Source: an uncultured Eubacterium sp.
GTDB taxonomy: Bacteria; Bacillota; Clostridia; Lachnospirales; Lachnospiraceae
NCBI GenBank assembly: GCA_964555015.1
Contig: CAZKQV010000006.1
Span: 18,875-82,874, forward strand
Reading direction: 5' to 3'
DNA length: 64,000 nt
The stretch's first letter is position 1; each line of letters begins with the position of its first letter. Below, piece after piece: positions 57,564 to 64,000 of this stretch. Below the pieces are notes generated by a model. It was not told the origin of the DNA. It saw nothing but the letters and a program-made list of their open reading frames with translations, and ran no database searches. The position numbers and the translations under genes are program-made.

Positions 57564-58508
57564 ATGAGTGAGATCAGTAATAATGAGATTAAAGAGGTAG
57601 TCAATGGGCTGCTGTCTGATTACAGAAAAAAGCGAGCCATTGATAACATGGATATTTTTAATCTGCCCCATAAAGAGGAAGTTGTCTCAATTACAAAAAA
57701 GCTGATGAGATTAGTTTTCCCAGGATATTATTGGGATAAGAATTTAAAATTTTACACAATGGACAATAATATCACTTCTTTAATCGAAGACGTAATGTAC
57801 CGGTTAAATCGCCAGATCAGTATTGTAATGCGCAATAACAGCGACCAGGAGTTTGAGACAGAAAGTCAGGTGGAAGAAGAGAGCAAGAGAATTGTGCTGC
57901 AGTTTATGAAATCACTGCCTGCGATTCGCGAATGTCTGGATACGGATCTTGAGGCGGCTTATGAGGGTGATCCTGCGGCTTATAGTAAGCATGAGATCGT
58001 GTTCTCCTACCCGGGGCTATTCGCCATTGCCGTGTACCGTCTTGCCCATGAGCTTTGCTTGCTCGGCGTGCCGATGATTCCAAGAATTATGACGGAGCAC
58101 GCCCACAGCAGAACCGGAGTTGATATCCATCCGGGAGCCACGATTGGAAAGTATTTTTTCATTGACCACGGTACGGGCATCGTAATCGGGGAGACCACCA
58201 TAATCGGCGACCATGTGAAGATTTATCAGGGAGTTACCCTTGGCGGCCTGTCCACCAAAGGCGGACAGCTTCTAAAGAACGTCAAGAGACATCCGACGAT
58301 CAAGGATAATGTGACTATTTATTCCGGAGCGTCGATCTTAGGCGGCAAAACTGTCATCGGGGAAAATGTAGTGATCGGAGGTAATGCTTTCATTACACAG
58401 TCCGTAAAGGCTAACACCAGGGTCAGCGTAAAAAATCAGGAATTGATGTTTAAAAAGGACAACGAATTAGAAATTACAGGAATGATCGAAGACGACGGTT
58501 CCTGGTAA
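57564..58508 (+). CDS. cysE: Serine O-acetyltransferase (long form)
   Basis: N-terminal SATase helical domain plus hexapeptide repeats HPGATIGKYFFIDHGTGIVIGETTIIGDHVKIYQGVTLGG. Confidence 0.85.
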   Translation: MSEISNNEIKEVVNGLLSDYRKKRAIDNMDIFNLPHKEEVVSITKKLMRLVFPGYYWDKNLKFYTMDNNITSLIEDVMYRLNRQISIVMRNNSDQEFETESQVEEESKRIVLQFMKSLPAIRECLDTDLEAAYEGDPAAYSKHEIVFSYPGLFAIAVYRLAHELCLLGVPMIPRIMTEHAHSRTGVDIHPGATIGKYFFIDHGTGIVIGETTIIGDHVKIYQGVTLGGLSTKGGQLLKNVKRHPTIKDNVTIYSGASILGGKTVIGENVVIGGNAFITQSVKANTRVSVKNQELMFKKDNELEITGMIEDDGSW

Positions 58509-58555
58509 GAGACAGAAGTTGTTTTCATATTAATTTTATACAATGATAAAAATAG

Positions 58556-58596
58556 CGGGAGAAATCACAAGTTTTGTGGTTTCTCCCGTTAAATTT
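58556..58596 (+). terminator. Rho-independent terminator after cysE
   Basis: 15-bp stem CGGGAGAAATCACAA / TTGTGGTTTCTCCCG, 3-nt loop, followed by TTAAATTT. Confidence 0.75.
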
Positions 58597-58684
58597 ATAT
58601 AGCTGATTTGCTTTTTTCGGACTGTTTTTCTCAAATCTGCTGCCATAACGAAAAAAATTTTTTAAATAAATCCCATAAAGCCTA

Positions 58685-58713
58685 TTGACATACTAGGAAA
58701 ATGAGAGTATATT
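58685..58713 (+). promoter_or_regulatory. Sigma-A type promoter for metY-cysK
   Basis: TTGACA - 17 nt - TATATT, leaving a short (about 50 nt) A-rich 5' UTR. Confidence 0.6.
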
Positions 58714-58769
58714 AGCTACAGATAAAAAAACATATACCAATTAAGAAAAAGAACGAAAAGGAGATAAAA

Positions 58770-60053
58770 ATGAGTAATTATAAATTTGAAACATTACAGT
58801 TACACGTAGGTCAGGAACAGCCGGATCCGGCAACGGATTCCAGAGCAGTGCCAATTTATCAGACCACTTCTTATGTATTTAGAGATTCCGCCCATGCTGC
58901 AGCACGTTTTGGTCTTGCAGATGCAGGTAATATTTATGGAAGATTGACCAATTCCACTCAGGATGTTCTGGAAAAGAGAATGGCAGCCTTAGAAGGAGGC
59001 GTTGCGGCATTAGTTGTTTCCTCCGGAGCAGCAGCGATCAACTATACGATTCAGGCTTTGGCAGGAGCCGGAGAGCATATCGTGGCACAGAAGACGATCT
59101 ACGGCGGCAGCTATAATCTTCTGGCACACACTCTTCCGAATTATGGAATTTCCACCACATTTGTGGATGCACATAACTTAGAAGAAGTGGAAGCAGCGAT
59201 TCAGGATAACACCAAAGCGGTTTATCTGGAAACCCTCGGTAATCCGAACAGTGATATTCCGGATATTGACGCCATCGCTAAGATCGCTCATAAGCATGGC
59301 CTTCCGCTGGTAATTGACAACACCTTCGGAACACCTTATCTGATCCGTCCAATCGAGCACGGCGCAGACATCGTGGTACATTCCGCAACCAAATTTATCG
59401 GAGGACACGGAACCACCCTCGGCGGTGTGATCGTAGATTCCGGAAAGTTTGATTGGAAAGCAAGCGGAAAATACGCACCGATTGCAGCGCCAAACCCAAG
59501 TTACCATGGCATTTCCTTTGTTGATGCAGTGGGAGAAGCAGCCTTTGTCACCTATATCCGGGCAATCCTGCTCCGTGACACTGGTTCTACCATTTCTCCT
59601 TTTAATGCATTCCTCTTATTACAGGGTGTGGAGACCTTATCCCTTAGACTGGATCGCCATGTGGAGAACACAAAGAAAGTAGTAGAGTATCTTGTAAACC
59701 ATCCGCTGGTTGAGAAGGTAAATCATCCTTCCCTGCCGGATCACCCGGATCATGAATTATATGAAAGATATTTCCCGAACGGAGGAGCAAGTATCTTTAC
59801 ATTTGAGATTAAGGGAGGACAGGAAGAAGCCCATAAATTTATCGATCATCTTGAGCTTTTCTCACTCCTCGCCAACGTGGCAGACGTAAAGAGCCTTGTG
59901 ATCCATCCGGCAACCACCACACATTCACAGCTTACGAAAGAAGAGTTGGAAGATCAGGGAATCAAACCAAACACGATTCGTCTTTCCATCGGAACAGAGC
60001 ATATTGATGATATAATCGGCGATCTTGAATTGGGATTTGCATCAATTAAATAA
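58770..60053 (+). CDS. metY: O-acetylhomoserine aminocarboxypropyltransferase / sulfhydrylase
   Basis: 427 aa, Cys/Met-metabolism PLP family, with the PLP-lysine motif [11 protein letters not shown]. Confidence 0.88.
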   Translation: MSNYKFETLQLHVGQEQPDPATDSRAVPIYQTTSYVFRDSAHAAARFGLADAGNIYGRLTNSTQDVLEKRMAALEGGVAALVVSSGAAAINYTIQALAGAGEHIVAQKTIYGGSYNLLAHTLPNYGISTTFVDAHNLEEVEAAIQDNTKAVYLETLGNPNSDIPDIDAIAKIAHKHGLPLVIDNTFGTPYLIRPIEHGADIVVHSATKFIGGHGTTLGGVIVDSGKFDWKASGKYAPIAAPNPSYHGISFVDAVGEAAFVTYIRAILLRDTGSTISPFNAFLLLQGVETLSLRLDRHVENTKKVVEYLVNHPLVEKVNHPSLPDHPDHELYERYFPNGGASIFTFEIKGGQEEAHKFIDHLELFSLLANVADVKSLVIHPATTTHSQLTKEELEDQGIKPNTIRLSIGTEHIDDIIGDLELGFASIK

Positions 60054-60115
60054 AAAAATAATATGATATCTGTTAAAGGCAGTATGCGCCATTATTGGAA
60101 AAGGAGGCAGCAATT

Positions 60116-61048
60116 ATGGCAAATATTTATAAGGGAACTTTGGATTTAATTGGAAAAACACCGTTAGTAGAAGTTAAAAATATCGAAAAGGAGCTGGGAC
60201 TGGAAGCAAAATTGCTCGTAAAATTGGAGTATTTTAATCCGGCAGGAAGCGTAAAAGACCGTATTGCAAAAGCGATGATCGAAGACGCGGAAGAAAAAGG
60301 ACTGTTAAAAGAAGGCTCCGTTATCATTGAACCGACCTCCGGAAATACCGGAATCGGCCTGGCAGCCATCGCCGCAACAAAAGGATATCGTATCATTTTG
60401 ACCATGCCGGAAACCATGAGCGTGGAAAGAAGAAACATTTTGAAGGCATACGGAGCAGAACTGGTATTGACAGACGGAACCAAAGGTATGACCGGAGCAA
60501 TCCAGAAAGCCAAAGAACTGGCAGAAGAAATTCCGGGAAGCTTCATTCCGGGACAGTTTGTAAACCCGGCCAATCCGGCGATTCATAAAGCGACCACAGG
60601 ACCAGAAATCTGGAACGACACAGACGGCGAAGTAGATATCTTCATTGCCGGAGTGGGAACCGGCGGTACTCTGACAGGCGTAGGCGAATATTTAAAATCA
60701 CAGAACCCGGATGTAAAAGTAGTGGCGTTAGAACCGGCGTCCTCCCCGGTATTATCCCAGGGAAAAGGCGGCCCGCATAAGATTCAGGGAATCGGCGCAG
60801 GCTTCGTTCCGGATGTGTTAAATACCTCTGTGTACGATGAGATCATCACCGTAGAAAACGACGACGCCTTTGAAACAGCAAAATTAATCGCGAAAAAAGA
60901 AGGCATTCTCCTTGGAATTTCCTCCGGAGCCGCACTTTACGGCGCCATCCAGCTGGCAAAAAGACCGGAAAACAAAGGAAAGACCATCGTAGCTCTCATG
61001 CCGGATACCGGAGACAGATATTACTCCACTCCACTTTTTGTAAACTAA
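60116..61048 (+). CDS. cysK: Cysteine synthase A (O-acetylserine sulfhydrylase)
   Basis: PLP-lysine motif [14 protein letters not shown] and [10 protein letters not shown]. The ATG at 60116 has GGAGG upstream. Confidence 0.93.
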   Translation: MANIYKGTLDLIGKTPLVEVKNIEKELGLEAKLLVKLEYFNPAGSVKDRIAKAMIEDAEEKGLLKEGSVIIEPTSGNTGIGLAAIAATKGYRIILTMPETMSVERRNILKAYGAELVLTDGTKGMTGAIQKAKELAEEIPGSFIPGQFVNPANPAIHKATTGPEIWNDTDGEVDIFIAGVGTGGTLTGVGEYLKSQNPDVKVVALEPASSPVLSQGKGGPHKIQGIGAGFVPDVLNTSVYDEIITVENDDAFETAKLIAKKEGILLGISSGAALYGAIQLAKRPENKGKTIVALMPDTGDRYYSTPLFVN

Positions 61049-61125
61049 CATTCATAATAAAGCTTTTCTCCAATATTATTATGCAATCATGAATAGTTAG
61101 CTGTCAAAAATAATATGACAGCAGG

Positions 61126-61168
61126 AAATAGAGATGATCGACTAAAAAGTGATCATCTCTATTTTTTT
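61126..61168 (+). terminator. Rho-independent terminator after cysK
   Basis: 14-bp stem AAATAGAGATGATC / GATCATCTCTATTT, 11-nt loop, followed by TTTTT. A smaller hairpin GCTGTCA/TGACAGC precedes it at 61100-61122. Confidence 0.85.
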
Positions 61169-61329
61169 GTGAAAAACCTGTTAGCAGCGATACTGTGTCA
61201 AAAACGCGAAGGACGGCATTTCAAAAAAACAATTGACGAATGCTTTTTGCGTTGTAAAATGGATAGTAAGACAGGTTGCTATGGTAATGGTTTATTGCCG
61301 CATTTGAGTGCGGAGAAATGGAGTATATC

Positions 61330-62271
61330 ATGAAAATAGTTTTTTTGGAGCCTTTGGGAATCCCAACCGACGAATTAAAAGAAAAAGTGGAGAAAAAAAT
61401 AGGGAACGCCGCAGAAGTTATTTTTCACGAATCCCGGAAAGAAGATACTAAGACCTTGATCGAGAGGAGCAAGGATGCGGATATCGTTGTTTTGTCCAAT
61501 TTCAAATATCCAAAGGAGGTCATGGAACACTGTCCGAATTTAAAATATATTTGTGTAGCGTTTACCGGTTATGATCATGTCGATATGGACTACTGCCGCA
61601 AAAATGGAATTAAGGTTTCCAACTGTGCCGGTTATTCCACCAGCGCAGTGGCCGATCTGGTGTTTGGCTTTGTGATCGATCTGTATCGTAATATAATTGC
61701 CTGCGACCAGAGAGCAAGAACGGGCGGAACCAAGGACGGGCTGATCGGTCCGGAACTGGAAGGAAAGAAGTTCGGAATTATTGGAGCAGGAGCGATCGGG
61801 CTGCGGGTTGCCAATATCGCAAAAGCCTTTGGCTGTGAAGTGTATGCGTATTCCAGAACGAAAAAAGAGATAGAAGGCGTGACCTTCGTCGATCTTAACA
61901 CGCTCCTTTCCACTTGTGATATCGTTTCCGTTCATGTGCCTCAGACAGATGAGACAAAAGGAATGATCAATAAAGATAAAATTGCCTTGATGAAAAAAGA
62001 CAGCATTTTAATCAATACGGCCAGAGGGCCGATCGTGGACAGTCAGGCTCTGGCCGAGGCTTTAAATGAAGGAAAAATTGCAGGAGCGGCAGCAGATGTT
62101 TTTGAGATGGAACCGCCGATACCGGAGGATCACCCTCTTCTTCATGCCCAAAACTGCATCGTGACGCCTCACATTGCTTTTGCTTCTGTACAGGCAATGT
62201 ACAAAAGAGCCGACATTGTAGCCGATAATTTAAAAGGATATCTGGAAGGAGATCCGATCAATCTGGTATAA
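61330..62271 (+). CDS. D-isomer-specific 2-hydroxyacid dehydrogenase (PGDH/glycerate-DH-like), NAD-binding
   Basis: GIIGAGAIGLRVA Rossmann motif and catalytic-region blocks NTARGPIVD, DVFEMEP and TPHIAF. Confidence 0.8.
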   Translation: MKIVFLEPLGIPTDELKEKVEKKIGNAAEVIFHESRKEDTKTLIERSKDADIVVLSNFKYPKEVMEHCPNLKYICVAFTGYDHVDMDYCRKNGIKVSNCAGYSTSAVADLVFGFVIDLYRNIIACDQRARTGGTKDGLIGPELEGKKFGIIGAGAIGLRVANIAKAFGCEVYAYSRTKKEIEGVTFVDLNTLLSTCDIVSVHVPQTDETKGMINKDKIALMKKDSILINTARGPIVDSQALAEALNEGKIAGAAADVFEMEPPIPEDHPLLHAQNCIVTPHIAFASVQAMYKRADIVADNLKGYLEGDPINLV

Positions 62272-62341
62272 CTGGCATAAAAGGAAGGCCAGTGGTGGGA
62301 AAAACCGCACTCGGCAAGCCTGATATAAAAAGGGAGACAGC

Positions 62342-63145
62342 ATGGAAGAAAAACTGGAAAAATTAAAAAAATATTTACGAGATCTTGGCAAAGTGGCCGT
62401 CGCCTTTTCCGGAGGGGTAGATTCGACTTTTTTATTAAAAGTGGCCCACGACACCCTGGGGGATCGGGCGATTGCCGTAACAGCCACCGCACCTTATTTC
62501 CCTCAAAAGGAGAGCAAGGAGGCGGAGGAATTTTGCAAGACAGAACAGATCACCCATCTTCAATTTTTTGTAGAGCCGGAATCTGTGGAACATTTTAACG
62601 AAAATCCGGTGGATCGATGTTATTATTGTAAAAAGGCTTTATTTTCCAAAATTCTTTCCCAGGCCGGGGAGCGGGGGATCCGAAACGTGGCAGAAGGTTC
62701 CAACATGGATGATAACCAGGATTATCGCCCGGGACATAGAGCCATTATGGAACTGGGGATTTTAAGCCCGCTTCGTTTTGCCGGACTGGAAAAAGAAGAA
62801 ATCAGGGCGCTGTCTCAAAAAATGGGACTCACCACCTGGGATAAGCCTTCTTTCGCCTGTCTGGCATCCCGCTTCGTTTACGGAGAGGAAATTACAAGGG
62901 ATAAGCTTCGCATGGTCGAAGAGGCAGAGGAATTTTTGAAACAAAAGGGATTTCGTCAATGCAGGGTAAGGATCCATGGGCAGATGGCAAGAATTGAAGT
63001 TCTTCCAACGGATATTGACACACTTTTGTCTGCGCCGGTGCGAAACGACGTCCTTTCTAAACTGCTTTCCCTGGGCTTTGCCTATGTCACGGCGGACTTA
63101 AAGGGGTATCGCTTGGGAAGTATGAATGAAACAATAACTAGATAA
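62342..63145 (+). CDS. larE: LarE-type PP-loop ATP pyrophosphatase (TIGR00268-like sulfur transferase)
   Basis: PP-loop VAFSGGVDS. Cysteines occur in DRCYYCK and PSFACLASRF. 267 aa. Confidence 0.7.
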   Translation: MEEKLEKLKKYLRDLGKVAVAFSGGVDSTFLLKVAHDTLGDRAIAVTATAPYFPQKESKEAEEFCKTEQITHLQFFVEPESVEHFNENPVDRCYYCKKALFSKILSQAGERGIRNVAEGSNMDDNQDYRPGHRAIMELGILSPLRFAGLEKEEIRALSQKMGLTTWDKPSFACLASRFVYGEEITRDKLRMVEEAEEFLKQKGFRQCRVRIHGQMARIEVLPTDIDTLLSAPVRNDVLSKLLSLGFAYVTADLKGYRLGSMNETITR

Positions 63146-63163
63146 ATAATGTAGGGGAAACAT

Positions 63164-64000
63164 ATGGAATTTCGACAATTAGAATATTTAATCATGGCAG
63201 CGGAAATGGGGAGCTTTAATAAGGCGTCAGAGTATTTGTACACCACCCAGTCCAATGTCAGTAAGGTAATCCGCAGTCTGGAAAAAGAATTGGGGTACAG
63301 CATCTTTAAAAGAAACGGTACCGGAGTGGCATTAACAGAAGCGGGAAAAATACTATATAATCAATCGCAGCAGATTATGGAGCTTTTGGAAAAATGTGCG
63401 ACAATCTCTGATTTTGCCCATAAAACCTGCTTCCATCTTGCCAGTGTGGTCAGCAATTTTATCGCACTGAATTTTGCAGATTTCGTCGCCACCCACGACT
63501 GCGACGAGCTTTGTGTAAAAATGTGGGAGGGCAGCATAAGTCGGATCATAGAACTGGTGGAGCAGGGAGAAGTCGAGATAGCATTTATGTACCTTGGCAT
63601 GAGACAAAACGATTCTTTTCAGGCTCAGCTCTCAAAAAAAGGACTTTATTTTCAGGAAATCCTTCCAGCCAAGGTTGTGGTTTCTGTGGGCCCCAACAAT
63701 CCGCTTTACCATAAAAAAATGCTGGACGCCGCTGATCTCCAATCCATGAAATACGTCACTTGCAGCCAGGATAATGTTTCCAAAGCATATCATTTGAAAA
63801 GTATTGAACGAGATTTCCATATCGAAAAAAATATTGCAGACGGCATTGAAGTGGGAAGCAATTATGCATTGCAAAATTTATTAAAAAAGACGGACCGGGC
63901 ATACCTCTGTTACGGAGGACTGCGCTTTGAACAAAATGGCAAAGAGCAGGACATAAAATCCGTTGAAATTGCCGGAATTACGGACAAAGTTTTTTTGGGT
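63164..64000 (+). CDS. LysR-family transcriptional regulator, 3' end beyond the window (not in the supplied ORF track)
   Basis: My own translation from the ATG at 63164 (AGGGGA upstream) stays open to position 64000. The N-terminal HTH is FNKASEYLYTTQSNVSKVIRSLEKELG, which resembles the LysR at 40302. Confidence 0.8.
   Translation, partial: MEFRQLEYLIMAAEMGSFNKASEYLYTTQSNVSKVIRSLEKELGYSIFKRNGTGVALTEAGKILYNQSQQIMELLEKCATISDFAHKTCFHLASVVSNFIALNFADFVATHDCDELCVKMWEGSISRIIELVEQGEVEIAFMYLGMRQNDSFQAQLSKKGLYFQEILPAKVVVSVGPNNPLYHKKMLDAADLQSMKYVTCSQDNVSKAYHLKSIERDFHIEKNIADGIEVGSNYALQNLLKKTDRAYLCYGGLRFEQNGKEQDIKSVEIAGITDKVFLG

Noticed and set aside
58509-58769. Expected SAM (S-box) riboswitch or T-box leader upstream of metY, and likewise upstream of cysE at 57495-57563
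   Set aside because: I found only a terminator, a sigma-A-type promoter and a short A-rich UTR. No S-box helices and no T-box conserved sequence were recognisable by eye.
61115-61333. 72-aa + strand ORF between cysK and the 2-hydroxyacid dehydrogenase gene
   Set aside because: It runs straight through a 14-bp-stem terminator with a T-tract and through a promoter-like TTGACG/TAAAAT region, and it has no SD.
1-64000. CRISPR arrays, tRNA/rRNA genes, IS elements, integrases, prophage genes, toxin-antitoxin pairs and defence-system genes
   Set aside because: I scanned the spacers and all ORF translations. I found no repeat-spacer pattern, no cloverleaf-like sequences in the intergenic regions, and no transposase, recombinase or nuclease signatures.

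Overview
This is a 64-kb chromosomal segment from a mid-GC Firmicute. Gene order and protein content suggest a Clostridia / Lachnospiraceae-like organism, but that is inference only. I call 64 protein-coding genes, all on the + strand. I recognised no rRNA, tRNA, CRISPR array, transposase, integrase or phage gene, and every long minus-strand ORF in the track overlaps a better + strand gene. Positions 1-32.9 kb are core housekeeping: PBP2 (5' partial), minCDE, rodA, mgsA, a DD-carboxypeptidase, a TIGR01212 radical SAM protein, yggS, sepF, aroB, lspA, rluD, rpsO, ptsH-ptsI, a UvrD-type helicase, uppP, mnmM/ytqB, a split pyrimidine set (pyrK-pyrD, pyrE, pyrC, pyrF) and purE-purM-purN-purD. From about 32.9 kb the content is more accessory. 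It holds a stand-alone BMC shell gene followed by a cobO-type adenosyltransferase and an EutP-type GTPase. Next come an OmpR/HK + ABC ATPase + fused FtsX permease module, a methyltransferase, and LysR + MATE + a UbiD/UbiX/LpdD (prFMN decarboxylase) cassette. Then come two pairs of half-size ABC exporters, one followed by a duplicated CmpB-like membrane protein and the other preceded by a TetR gene with a clear operator array. The remainder is a 4-hydroxybutyrate-dehydrogenase-like Fe-ADH, a ZIP transporter, ybaK, cysE-metY-cysK, a D-2-hydroxyacid dehydrogenase, a LarE-type PP-loop ATPase and a second LysR gene that runs off the 3' edge and is absent from the ORF track. I did not find an obviously new multi-gene system such as a defence island or mobile element. 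The items most worth a second look are the orphan or satellite BMC locus, the UbiD/UbiX/LpdD cassette of unknown substrate, the Bce-like module with an atypical permease, the three-cysteine LarE homolog with no larABC nearby, and several structured or palindromic non-coding elements. All functional calls come from reading motifs in the translated ORFs; no database search was run.
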